DNA from: Eledone cirrhosa | Lineage: Eukaryota | NCBI GenBank assembly: GCA_964016885.1 | Contig: OZ024760.1 | Span: 13,454,001-13,518,000, forward strand | Direction: 5' to 3' | DNA length: 64,000 bases | Shown: piece after piece, positions 30,725 through 43,513 of the stretch | Layout of the letters: the number at the start of each line of letters is the position of its first letter | Position numbering within the stretch: the stretch's first letter is position 1 | Notes under the pieces: model-generated | What the model was told of the DNA's origin: nothing | What the model saw: only the letters and a program-made list of their open reading frames with translations | The model's database searches: none | Program-made: the position numbers and the translations under genes

Positions 30725-31911
30725 CTAGACCTGAAAAATGCGCCAGCTCAAAAGAGCCACAGAATGTTATAATAAACCTTCAAAGGTGTGAGACTAGAGT
30801 TGTTGCTCAAAAATATTGTAATCATTATCTATCGTACACTCTGTGGCATCCTTTTATAAAAAAGAGACTCATAACGAACTCAAGACGACACGATAATTAT
30901 TTAAGCTAATGTTCAATATCTCATATTAGATGTTTAGTAATGATTAATACGAAATGCACTTAAACCGAATTCTATATTATAAATTCACTTAAATAATTAT
31001 CGTGTCGTCGTGAGTTCGTTATGAGTCTCTTTTTTTTATAAAAGGATGTCACAGAGTGTACGATAGATAATGATTGCTATATTTTTGAGCAACAACTCTA
31101 GTCCCACACTTTTGAAGGTTTATTATAACATTCTGTGGCTCTTTTGGGGTTGCGCATTTTTCAGGTCTAGTTTAATATTTTTTTAAGGCAACACTTGTAA
31201 TAACTCTAGTTAAACATGATATATATTAATAATAAATTATCGTTGTAATAGATTATATAATTGTTATTTTATAAATGATCTTATAAATATTATTGTAAGA
31301 TGTATAAAAATATTTTCAGACTTTTAATATAAACAACTACGAAAAACAATCAATATTAAATAAATATATTTTACATAATAATTGTTATAGTTGAATTAAT
31401 AAAAATTAAATATTACATACAAATAATCTAACATAATAATAATAAAATAATCTAACGTAAAACGAACAATAATATGGACATATATTCAAGTAAATATGAT
31501 ACAACCAATATTCTAAGCATGTTATAACGAACTGGAAAAAAATAGTTAATATAAATTTACAAAAATAGTTAATATAAATTTTTAAAATCATATATAAATT
31601 AACAATTTAACTTACCAAAACGAGAAAAATATTTTGATGATAAAACGACAAAATACAGGAGAGAGATTCGAAAGCGAAACGATAAATAAACGTGCAAACA
31701 AAACGCTTTTGAGCAACAATTACTCTCGTTGGTTGATTAGCCAATAAGACGATGAAATTAACCAATAAGACGATACATTACAAAACATGTTTGGAAGGAT
31801 CGCCACGGCCAGTGATACCCCTTGAATCTTTTATTCACAAGCTACGCATATATTGTCAGACAACATGCAGACTTAAAACATTCTGTTGTTAGTCACTGCG
31901 TGTCTAACAGA
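30725..31911 (-). mobile_element. Candidate non-autonomous Helitron-like element with an inverted duplication of its 3' 180 bp
   Basis: Minus strand runs A|TC... to ...gctc-tttt-gagc...CTAG|T; inverted arms 30724-30905 and 30988-31171. Confidence 0.4.
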
Positions 31912-31937
31912 TATATATATATATAAATGTATAAATA

Positions 31938-31974
<37 letters not shown>

Positions 31975-31979
<5 letters not shown>

Positions 31980-32680
31980 TAAAGTGGTCCTTCATCAGTG
32001 ATCTTCCAACCATCATCGGTATTTCTTCGCTTTAAAGACCATATACCTCCGGTTGGTGCGAGCAACGGCTAAAAAAGTCGTTGGGACACGTAAATAAAGG
32101 GAACAGCGAGAGTGTAAACAAAAAAAGATGGTGAAGCAACGAAAAGTGCGGAAGAACGAGTCAAGTCCCAAATTTCCATGAATATAAGTTCGGAGAAATC
32201 GTGAACGAGAGAGAATAAAGACCATCAAACCTGGTTGGAATGTGAGCAAGGAAGGAATTCCGTACAGGTCTAATGGGAGGAAGAAGGAATCTAGTCTGTG
32301 AACATAAGTTCTGTGAAATCGTAGACGAGAGAGAGAAAAAGGCGAACCAGCCTGACCAAGTGTGCGAAAGAAAAGAATTACGCACAGCTCAAACGGGAAG
32401 AAGGAGGAGGAGGAGAGGTAGTAACAGAGAGTGAGTGAGTGAAGGGTGAGGAAGAGGCTAACAGAGAGAGTGACTGTTAGAGAGGGTAAAGATACAGAGA
32501 AAGAGGAAGCAGTAAGAACGAAATAGACGGGTCACAGCGGGGGGAAAAATATGTGTAAATATGAGAATAAACGTGCTGCATGGTTGTAAATGGGTTACAT
32601 ATGAATAAAGTGGTCCTTCATCAGTGATCTTCCAACCATCATCGGTATTTCTTCGCTTTAAAGACCATATACCTCCGGTT
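31975..32680 (-). mobile_element. TA-flanked element bounded by identical 80-bp direct repeats (pseudo-LTR-like)
   Basis: 31975-32054 equals 32601-32680; the repeat contains CTGATGAAGGAC on the minus strand. Confidence 0.6.
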
Positions 32681-32721
32681 AGTATATATATATATAAATA
32701 TATATATTTATATATATATAT

Positions 32722-32913
<192 letters not shown>

Positions 32914-33021
32914 TATATACATATATATATAAAAAAAAAATATATATATATATATATTTATTAAAATAACAGATTAAAATTTAAGCAAAGAATCGCTGCT
33001 TTCACCCTTAATATATTAATA

Positions 33022-33080
<59 letters not shown>

Positions 33081-33095
33081 ATATATATACATATA

Positions 33096-33439
33096 TCATC
33101 ATCATCATCATTTCATTTTACGTCCGCTTTTTCCCTGCTTGCAAGGGTGGGACGGGAACTGATTCTGGCTTGATTTCTACAGCTGGATGCCCTTCCTAAC
33201 ACCAACCCCATTTACAGTGAGTGCTGGGTGCTTTTTTGCCATGGCACCTCCACGACCACTTTACAGTGGAATGATAGGAACCCCAGTCCCTATCATCTCA
33301 TTTCTACAGCTGAGTAAGCTGGAGCAATGTGAAATAAAGTGTCTTGCTCAAGGAAACAACACATCACCCGGTCTGAGAATTGAACTCACAACCTTTCGAT
33401 TGCAAGGCCAATGCCCTAACCACTAAGCCTTGTGCTTCC
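33096..33439 (-). mobile_element. Full-length SINE family 1
   Basis: Near-identical to 45493-45829. Confidence 0.9.
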
Positions 33440-34047
33440 ATATAAATATATATATATATATATATTTATTAAAATAACAGATTAAAGTTTAAGCAAAGAA
33501 TCGTTGCTTTCACCCTTAATATATATATATATATATCACCACCACCACCACCACCAGAGTGGTTATAGAGATATGTAAAATCCCAACTGGCACCAAGTGG
33601 TTTTGGTTTCGACTTGTGTGTTCAAGACTACATCATTGAAAAGGCTTCCTGAACATGTGGAAACAGCTTGATGCTGTGGTTAGAGAGTGAGAAAGGGGTA
33701 GAGAGGAGAGATATTAGTGATGATATGACCAAGAACCAGTGATAGATGTGAAATAAAAAGCCAATGAAAGTGATGGAAATATCACAAGCTGTAGCATTAA
33801 AAAAAACATTAAAAACCAAAAAAAAATAAAACGAAACAAAGAAAAAAACAAGAAAAGAAAGTAAAAATCAATTAGCCATATAGAGGATCAATGATGGTCT
33901 GTTTCCTGGCTATAAACACTAGATTGTCTTTTTTGTCCCTACCTTATAATAGATATTAGTTTTCTCAGCATGGTTTTAGGTAAATGTTCTTGTTAAAATA
34001 TTCACTGCCATTACACACTAAGTGGTTTTAACAACCAGCTTCCATCA

Positions 34048-34565
34048 TCTCTGGCTGATAATACACAGTCTCTCTCTGTCAGTCTCTCTGGCTGATAATA
34101 CACAGTCTCTCTCTCTCTGTCAGTCCCTCTGGCTGATAATACACAGTCTCTCTCTCTCTGTCAGTCTCTCTGGCTGATAATACACAGTCTCTCTCTCTCT
34201 GTCAGTCCCTCTGGCTGATAATACACAGTCTCTCTCTCTCTCTCTATCAGTCTCTCTGGCTGATTATACAAAGTCTCTCTCTCTCTCTCTATCAGTCTCT
34301 CTGGCTGATTATACAAAGTCTCTCTCTCTGTCAGTCCCTCTGGCTGATTATACACAATCTCTCTCTCTCTCTGTCAGTCCCTCTGGCTGATAATATACAG
34401 TCTCTCTCTCTGTCAGTCCCTCTGGCTGATAATACACAGTCTCTCTCTCTGTCAGTCCCTCTGGCTGATTATACACAGTCTCTCTCTTTGTCAGTCCCTC
34501 TGGCTGATAATACACAGTCTCTCTCTCTCTGTCAGTCTCTCTGGCTGATTATACACAGTCTCTCT
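34048..34565 (+). repeat. ~36-44-bp minisatellite with internal variable (CT)n
   Basis: Unit ctctggctgataatacacagt(ct)n gtcagtc, about 13 copies. Confidence 0.95.
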
Positions 34566-35524
34566 CCTCTCTTCACATAGCTTCACACACATTCTCTGTC
34601 TATCTGTCTGACTGACAATCTCTCTCTCTTCTCTCCACATAGCTTCACATTCACACACGTGTGTATGTTTGTATATATCATCATCATCCTCATCAACATC
34701 ATCATCATTTAACGTCCATGTTCCATGCCTGTATAAGTTAGATGAGTTGTCATATTATGAACCATGTCAGGCCAGGTGACAATGTCTTGCTCATACAGTT
34801 CTATTTAGGGTTGCTTTCTTCCTAATGCTGACCACATTACAATATGGACAGAGTGCTTTTTACTGTGGCACCAAAACAACCATTTAAAAAATAAAATAAA
34901 TAATTAAATTATTGTGTACAGTGCTCAGGTGCACTACAACTCATCAATATAGGGTGGACTGGGTGTTTTTTCTTTGTGGTACCAGCACGACCACCTACAG
35001 AGTGAACTGGGTGCTGTTAGTCAAAAAACTTAAATCAATTTTCTGTTTCTCATATAAATTTCAAATTCGTAGCATCATTTCAAAACACACGTCCATATAT
35101 ATATATGTGTGTGAGTGTGTGTGTATCTTTGTGTATAAGTGTGCGTATGTGTATGTGTGTGTATCTGTGTGCATGTATGTGTCTGTGTATGAGTGTATGA
35201 GAGTATGTGTAGTTTATACAAGACACGAGTTAAAATCACAAATTAAATCTGAAAACTCATATTTTTATAACATTTGTGTAGGTAGAATTCTTGAGATAAT
35301 ATTTCTCTACCTTGTTAATTTTGTTAATTTTATAATTAACTCATAATAATCTATTTATTCTTTGATATTCATATCAGTGTATTGATAACTGATTTTATCA
35401 TGTAAATTCTGATGACTCAGCTTCAATATATGAAACTATATATTTATATATATATTTATATATTCCCACATACACATATATATAATTAATTATTCAATAT
35501 GTAACAGCATACACACATACATAC

Positions 35525-35860
35525 ATCATCATTTCATTTTACGTCCACTTTTTCCCTGCTTGCAAGGGTGGGACGGGAACTGATTCTGGCTTGATTTCTA
35601 CAGCTGGATGCCCTTTCTAACACCAACCTCATTTACAGTGAGTGCTGGGTGCTTTTTTGTCGTGGCACCTCCACGACCACTTTGCAGTGGAATAATATGG
35701 ACCCCAGTCCCTATCATCTCATTTCTACAGCTGAGTAAACTGGAGCAATGTGAAATAAAGTGTCTTGCTCAAGGAAACAACACATCACCCGGTCTGAGAA
35801 TTGAACTCGCAACCTTTCGATTGCAAGGCCAATGCTCTAACCACTAAGCCATGTGCCTCC
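35525..35860 (-). mobile_element. Full-length SINE family 1
   Basis: Near-identical to the other full copies. Confidence 0.9.
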
Positions 35861-35919
35861 ATATATATTTATATATATACATATATTACATTAGCCATAT
35901 ATAGTTCTAATAAAGCCTT

Positions 35920-36018
<99 letters not shown>

Positions 36019-36189
36019 CATGCTAGCATGGGAGATGGATGTTAAACAATGATGATGATGATGATATATATATATAGATATATATATATGCATGATATGT
36101 GTGTAATTATTTGATAATGTACTGTACAGTATTTATATGTCTATACACTGCCATACAATTGTTGTATGGCAGTTAGGTATGGGGAGTTA

Positions 36190-37558
36190 CAAGACTGTGT
36201 GGAGGCTACATGGACTAGGGAGATGTGAGGAGCAGAGACTGCTGTAGAAGGTGTGTCTGAATGGAGGCTACATGGACTAGGGAGACGTGAGGAGCAAAGA
36301 CTGCTGTAGAAGGTGTGTCTGAATGGAGGCTACATGGGACTAGGGAGATGTGAGGAGCAGAGACAGCTGTAGGTGTGTCTGAATGGAGGCTACATGGGAC
36401 TAGGGAGATGTGAGGAGCAGAGACTGCTGTAAAAGGTGTGTCTGAATGGAGGCTACATGGGACTAGGGAGATGTGAGGAGCAGAGACTGCTGTAGAAGTT
36501 GTGTCTGAATGGAGGCTACATGTGACTAGGGAGATGTGAGGAGCAAAAACTGCTGTAGAAGGTGTGTCTGAATGGAGGCTACATGGGACTAGGGAGATGT
36601 GAGGAGCAGAGACTGCTGTAAAAGGTGTGTCTGAATGGAGGCTACATTGGACTAGGGAGATGTGAGGAGCAGAGACTGCTGTAGAAGTTGTGTCTGAATG
36701 GAGGCTACATGGGACTAGGGAGATGTGAGGAGCAGAGACTGCTGTAGAAGTTGTGTCTGAATGGAGGCTACATGTGACTAGGGAGATGTGAGGAGCAAAA
36801 ACTGCTGTAGAAGGTGTGTCTGAATGGAGGCTACATGGGACTAGGGAGATGTGAGGAGCAGAGACTGCTGTAAAAGGTGTGTCTGAATGGAGGCTACATT
36901 GGACTAGGGAGATGTGAGGAGCAGAGACTGCTGTAGAAGTTGTGTCTGAATGGAGGCTACATGGGACTAGGGAGATGTGAGGAGCAGAGACTGCTGTAGA
37001 AGTTGTGTCTGAATGGAGGCTACATGTGACTAGGGAGATGTGAGGAGCAAAAACTGCTGTAGAAGGTGTGTCTGAATGGAGGCTACATGGGACTAGGGAG
37101 ATGTGAGGAGCAGAGACTGCTGTAAAAGGTGTGTCTGAATGGAGGCTACATTGGACTAGGGAGATGTGAGGAGCAGAGACTGCTGTAGAAGTTGTGTCTG
37201 AATGGAGGCTACATGGGACTAGGGAGATGTGAGGAGCAGAGACTGCTGTAGAAGTTGTGTCTGAATGGAGGCTACATGTGACTAGGGAGATGTGAGGAGC
37301 AAAAACTGCTGTAGAAGGTGTGTCTGAATGGAGGCTACATGGGACTAGGGAGATGTGAGGAGCAGAGACTGCTGTAAAAGGTGTGTCTGAATGGAGGCTA
37401 CATTGGACTAGGGAGATGTGAGGAGCAGAGACTGCTGTAGAAGTTGTGTCTGAATGGAGGCTACATGGGACTAGGGAGATGTGAGGAGCAGAGACTGCTG
37501 TAGAAGGTGTGTCTGAATGGAGGCTACATGGGACTAGTGAGATGTGAGGAGCAGAGAC
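36190..37558. repeat. 63-bp minisatellite, about 22 copies, with a 4-unit higher-order period
   Basis: Unit gggactagggagatgtgaggagcagagactgctgtagaaggtgtgtctgaatggaggctacat; variant units recur every 252 bp. Confidence 0.96.
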
Positions 37559-38160
37559 CATTGTAGTAGCAGTAGAAATGGTAGGAGGTGGCAGCAAGAC
37601 TCGAGAATCTTAAAGAGTGACAATATATAATTAACAATACAAAATTATCCCCAAATCCCAGCTTGTTCTACATTTTATAAACTTTAACTGAAGCAGATCA
37701 CTCAACCATTTTCTTTGGACTCTGAGAAATTTTCTAATTGATTTAAAAGTTAAATAATTCATAAACAAGAACTAAATAATGGAGAAAAAAAGACTACAGT
37801 TTGTTTGGTATTTTAATAACAACATTGGTTATTTCATTACTTTATTAAAGACCCTTGATAAAGCTACTAGCAACATAATAGAGAAATAATACTAGTATAT
37901 TATTTATAATAATGATATTGTAATCATTGTTGATGTTGTTGTTGTTATTATTATTGTTCTTTGAGTCTCAGTCATTGATGTTATTTAACTGGAAAGTTTG
38001 TTGAAATGAATATCAAGCCACTACCTGCAGCCTCAGATATTCAGGACATATCGGAGGGATCTTGCTGTTCCCAGCAAGCATGCCTTTTGAAGTGTTCCAA
38101 AATGCGGAGCGGGACCAATTATTATTATTATTAGTAATAGTATTATTATTACCATTATTA

Positions 38161-38798
38161 TCTATATATATAAAACTGAGGATGTCTGTCTGCGTGTGTG
38201 TGTCTGTGAGTATGAATCCCTAAAACTCCGTAAAACGATTTTTTTCAAACTTTACATGTGTATTACTTATGTTTCAGGGAGTGTTATGCACATAAAAACT
38301 ACAACTTTTTGATCCCCTAGGGCCCACATTAGGTGAAAAACTGTGTTTTTTCAGCTTTTTAGAGGTTTTTTGAGGCGTTACGTCAGACCGATTTCCTTGA
38401 AATTGTAACTATGTATTAGTCAGTCTCTTCTTCATACTGTGAGCAAAGAAAATCCAACTTTTTTATGGCCTAGGGCCCGCATTAGGTAAAAAACTTCATT
38501 TTTTCAGCTTTTTAGGGCTTTTTTGAGGCGTTACGTCTAGCCAATTTTCCCAAAATTTCAAGGCATATTATGCACATAAAAAAAATTCATTTTCTTGATC
38601 CCCTAGGGCCTGCATTAGGTGAAAACCTGCATTTTTCCTGCTTCATCGAAGAAAATCTTAAAGATTATCCAGCCATCAGAGTATTCAGTTTATTTTCTTT
38701 ACATATTGTCCAGGCATGCAGTTTTTCCACGATTAGGTCTGTTGGTGGCCCGCGTTCCAAAATACCTTATCCCGTGCAACGCTGGGTACCACTGCTAG
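38161..38798 (+). mobile_element. Non-autonomous Helitron-like element
   Basis: A|TCTATATATATAAAA 5' end followed by tgtctgtctg; 3' cccgtgcaacgctggg hairpin about 8 bp before CTAG|T; no TSD; internal subrepeats (ccctagggcc..cattaggt). Confidence 0.75.
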
Positions 38799-39832
38799 TG
38801 CTATATATAATTACATAATTACATTCTATTAAAACATTTCTTTTGTCTAATTGTTCTACGTTTGATTAAAAATAAAGAAAAGAAATATACATACACACAC
38901 ACATAAATATATACACACTGTTCATTTCATTTTACGTCTGCTTTTCCAAACACATATATATATATATGTATATATATACATATATATATATACATATATA
39001 TATTCATATATATACATATACATATATTTTTACATTTTCTGTTTTTGTATATATATATATATATAATATATATATATTACATTTTCTGTTTTCTCTCTCT
39101 CTCTCTCTCTATCATCATCATCATTTTACGTCCGCTTTTCCCTGCTTGCAAGGGTGGGTCGGGTCTTATATATATAATATATATTACATTTTCTGTTTTG
39201 TTTATATATACATATATATATATAATATATATACACTCTCACAAAACAGAAACTGTAAAAATATATTGCAAAATAAAAAAATTAAAGAAAAAAAAAAATT
39301 TTGTTTTCCTTTTTAAATAATTTCTAGAAATTTTGTATGAAACAATTTTGTGTTGATGTAAACGCAAAAATGTGAGCGACATTGAAATAGAAGGAAAATA
39401 GAGTGAAAGAATTTGTAAAAGACAATGGTAAAGCAAAGCTACACAGTCATTAAAGAAACATCTAATGTTCCTCCATTGTCTCTTAATATTTGGAAATCTA
39501 AAAATATGCACAAATATGGCAAAAATACTAAAAATCCAGAGATTTTGAAGTGTTGTGAAGTTTTGTTTCCATTCTCTCTTTCTCTCTGTCTATTTCTTTC
39601 TCTATTTCTCTCTCTCTCACTCTGCTCTATTTCTCTATGTCTATCTCTATTTCTCTCTCACCTTATTACTATCTCTATTTCTATTTCTCTCTCACTCTAT
39701 TACTTTCTCTCCGTCTAACTATATTTTCCTTTCTCTCTCTTTCTGTTTGTCTATCTCTCCCCCCTCTCTCTCTCAGAAATAAATTAAATATTTGGCTTAA
39801 AAGACACATACACACAACACACACAGACACAG

Positions 39833-39867
<35 letters not shown>

Positions 39868-40264
39868 TACATCGATAAAACACTTTATATTTCAACTTCA
39901 ATATTTAAAGAAGGGTGTGGTGTGGTTTGTGGTATGGTGTGGTGTGGTGTATTGTGGTGTGGTGTTGTGTCGTGTACTGTAGTGTAGTGTGGTGTAGTGT
40001 AGTATGGTCTGGTGCAGTGTACTGTAGTATGGTGTGGTGTAGTGTAATGTGGTGTGGTGTGGTGTGGTATGTGTGGTATGTATGGTGTGTGGTGTGTGTG
40101 GTGTGGTGTGGTGTGTGGTGTGGTGTGGTGGTAGATAAAGAAAAAGAGAGAGAGAGAGAGACTGATAAACAGACAGAGAAAAATAGAGAAAGAGAGAGAG
40201 ATGAAGAGAGGTTAAGAGAAAGAAAGAAAGAGAAAAAGAGAAAGAAAGAGAGAGAGAGATAGAG

Positions 40265-40321
<57 letters not shown>

Positions 40322-40571
40322 CATGTTTGTAGTTACTGAAAAATTCCTTTGTGTATCCAAACAAATTTCGATGCCATGGTTTGGAAATTAAATTCAATTT
40401 CAACCGGAAATTTTTCCTTTTAAGATAAATAAGTAGATTTTTATCATATATCCATGGGGACAAATATAATTGAAATTAATCTAGTCGTTTTGTTTTCATT
40501 AATTAATAAAGAAATTACATTCCTGTATATGCCCGACTTTTTCTTTCATTATATATATATATATATATATA

Positions 40572-41114
40572 TGTAGATAAATCTACCAAGAGTTTACGGT
40601 AGTGTCCAATCCGTATGAAGAACTCAATGTATTCCGGATATCATGGAAAGAAGAGATGTAATGAAAAACCACTTTCGGTGAAAGATAAACGGTATACAGA
40701 GTCAAGATAAAATATTAAACAAATAATGAATAAACAATTCCTTATATTAAACAAAAAAAGTTCATTATTTAACGATCGTTTCTAGGATATATATGTGTTA
40801 GAATTGGTATGCATATTCAACAGATCTATGTACAAAATTATACAAAATTATACAAATTATCAAGATTAAATATACATACCAAACACATATATACGCCGTC
40901 TTCAGAAATAATTTCTGAAGACGGCGTATATATGTGTTTGGTATGTATATTTAATCTTGATAATTTGTATAATTTTGTATAATTTTGTACATAGATCTGT
41001 TGAATATGCATACCAATTCTAACACATATATATCCTAGAAACGATCATTAAATAATGAACTTTTTTTTGTTTAATATAAGGAATTGTTTATTCATTATTT
41101 GTTTAATATTTTAT
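40572..41114. mobile_element. Asymmetric fold-back element, family C (~203-bp arms, 1-nt spacer)
   Basis: Arms 40707-40909 and 40911-41114 are nearly perfect; 135-bp tail 40572-40706, also present as a fragment at 25220-25325. Confidence 0.82.
40764..40909 (-). ncRNA. Type I hammerhead with long stem II (mirror copy on + strand at 40911-41056)
   Basis: attt-CTGAAGA-cgg-cgtatatatgtgtt-tggtatgtatatttaa...ttgaatatgcatacca-aacacatatatat-cc-ta-GAAAC-GATC-GTT-aaat; stem III has a palindromic loop. Confidence 0.62.
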
Positions 41115-41127
41115 ATATATATATATA

Positions 41128-41691
41128 TATTTATTAAAATAACAGATTAAAGTTTAAGCAAAGAATCGCTGCTTTCACCCTTAACGGGATCTTCTGAAAC
41201 TAACAAAATCAAACTGTAAACGCAGAAGTGAATATTTCAAAAAACGTTGCAACCGGAGGAAGACAGGAAGACGATACTTTCGTCCGTGGAAACGTTCCCT
41301 GGCAAAGAACGGGAAAAAACGAATATAATAGGTCATTATTTGGAGCGGTGAAAAACAATTGCACGCAAAGACAGAACCACGTTTATGGTATAAAAAAAGT
41401 CATAGTCTAATATTGTCTTAGGTGGTTCATAGAGACGTTCTCTGGCAATGAACGAAAAAAACGAAGATAATGCGTCAAATGTTGCAACGTTTTTTGAAAT
41501 GTTCACTTCTGCGTTTACAGATTGACTTTGTTAGTTTCAGAAGGTCCCGTTAAGGGTGAAAGCAGCGATTCTTTGCTTAAACTTTAATCTGTTATTTTAA
41601 TAAATATTTGCTCTACGGTTCTTATACATTTGATATATATTTATCCTTATCGAGACCTCTTTGGATTTTAGTCTTCAAATTTTATTATTAC
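41128..41691. mobile_element. Asymmetric fold-back element, family A (long copy)
   Basis: Arms 41128-41253 and 41481-41606; 85-bp tail 41607-41691; same two end points as the copy at 2451-2700. Confidence 0.8.
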
Positions 41692-41703
41692 TATATATAT
41701 ATA

Positions 41704-42387
41704 GTAATAGTAATATATGTGAACGGCAAAGCATAAACGAACTAAGGAAAAAATTAGAAATAAGAGGGATCAGATGTTGTTTACTCGAGAGAAGGCTACG
41801 TTGGTATGGACACGTGATGCGCATGAAAGTCGATAGCTGTATAACAAAGTGCAGGGCAATAAAGATAGACGGTAGCCACGGAATAGGCAGACCTAGAAAA
41901 ACCTGGGACGAGCTGATAAACTCCGACCTCACACACTTACACCTCTCCAAGACAATGTCACTGGACCGAGACCTTTGGCGGTACTCAGTAATAGAGAAGA
42001 CCCGCCTTACCTAAATACATAGTAAAACCTACTACAATCAGTAGGCATCTCTAACAAAATACACCCCCGTCCCACCCCATCTATGTAAAGTTATGTTAGT
42101 GCCACACCATCCAGGCTGAAACAAATGAGATCGTGTAGGTGTCACGACAAAAAAACACACAGTCCACGCTGTAATGTGGCTGTGTAGGCGACACGGTAAA
42201 AACCTCCCAGACCCACACTGTAAATGTGGTTGGTGTTAGGAAGGGCATCCAACTGTAGAAAACCTGCCAGACAGTCCTATGCGAGCAAGACAATCACTCT
42301 TGCCTCAAGTGGGAAAACCCCCGTCCAAACCCATGCAAGCGTGGAACACGGACGTTAAACGTTGATGATGATGATGATGATGATGAT
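41704..42387 (+). mobile_element. 5'-truncated RTE-2 LINE
   Basis: ERRLRWYGHVMRM...GRPRKTW, then 3' UTR and (GAT)n; matches 59253-59948. Confidence 0.9.
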
Positions 42388-42404
42388 ATATATATATATA
42401 TATA

Positions 42405-42773
42405 TCATCATCATCATCATCATCATCGTTTAACGTCCATCTTCCACGCTAGAATGGGTTTGGGCCGGAATTTTCCCACTTGAGGCAAGATTGGTTGTCT
42501 TGCTCGTATAGGACTGTCTGGCGGGTTTTCTACGGCTGGATGCCCTTCCTAACACCAACGACGTTTACAGTGTGGACTGGGAGGTTTTTACCATGTTATC
42601 TACACGGCCACATTACAGCGTGGACTGTGTGTTTTTTTTTTGTCGTGACACCTACACAACCTCATTTGTTTCGGACTGGATGTTGTGGTACCAACATAAC
42701 TTTACATTGGAAGGGGTGGTGTGGATGTGGTGGGGGTAGTGGGGCCGGGGGTGTATTTTTGTTAGAGGTGCCT
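42405..42773 (-). mobile_element. RTE-2 3' UTR fragment, tail-to-tail with 41704-42387
   Basis: Matches 59253-59613. Confidence 0.88.
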
Positions 42774-42896
42774 ATATATATATATACATACATGCACACA
42801 CACACACATATATATATACACACACACACACATTCATATATATATATATATATTAAAAACAAAGCAAGGTTTCACATTAAGGTCTTTATTGATTAT

Positions 42897-42987
42897 ACAC
42901 AGTTACAACTGTTTCACAGATGGGTGGCTCAGGATCTATGTAAATGCTATGGACCTGACCCCAACCCAATCTTCTCATCAGACTTGT
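42897..42987 (-). ncRNA. Type I hammerhead ribozyme in a TA-flanked 160-bp insert (42853-43010)
   Basis: Minus strand: acaagt-CTGATGA-ga-agattgggttggggtcaggtc...gatcctgagccacccatct-gt-GAAAC-agtt-GTA-actgtgt. Confidence 0.68.
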
Positions 42988-43063
42988 TAATCAAGCAAAT
43001 CCAATATCTCATATATATATATATATATATAATTATAATTGGTGCTCTGTGTGTATATATATA

Positions 43064-43243
43064 TAGGAAAAAGTATGACCCCGACAGCAGAGCTGAAGCC
43101 GTTTCGACGGCTATTTCTGGACGAAACACCTTGAGTTCTGCCGTCGGGGTCATACTTTTTCCTATTTCCCACTCTACTACCCTCAGTATTGAGTACTCTT
43201 GTGCGTTATGGTCCATCTGGTTCCTTACCACAATTCTTTTGTT
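43064..43243. mobile_element. Fold-back family E copy
   Basis: taggaaaaagtatgaccccgac ... gtcggggtcatactttttccta plus the ~80-bp tail. Confidence 0.78.
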
Positions 43244-43451
43244 ATATATATATATATATAGATATAGATAGGTAAATATACACGGGTGTGTATGATTGTG
43301 TATAGAAGATTATATTAATAAGAGGAATTCCAACTTTGTCTGATTTACTCGTTTTATTTACAATCCTTTAAAATATATATAATGGTATTATAATGAAATA
43401 GTATGATAGAATATTAAATTCTAAGTGTTAATTGAACATATATATATATTG

Positions 43452-43511
<60 letters not shown>

Positions 43512-43513
<2 letters not shown>

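Noticed and set aside
35404-35445. ctgatga...gaaa hammerhead-like spacing
   Set aside because: No credible stem II; stem I is weak.
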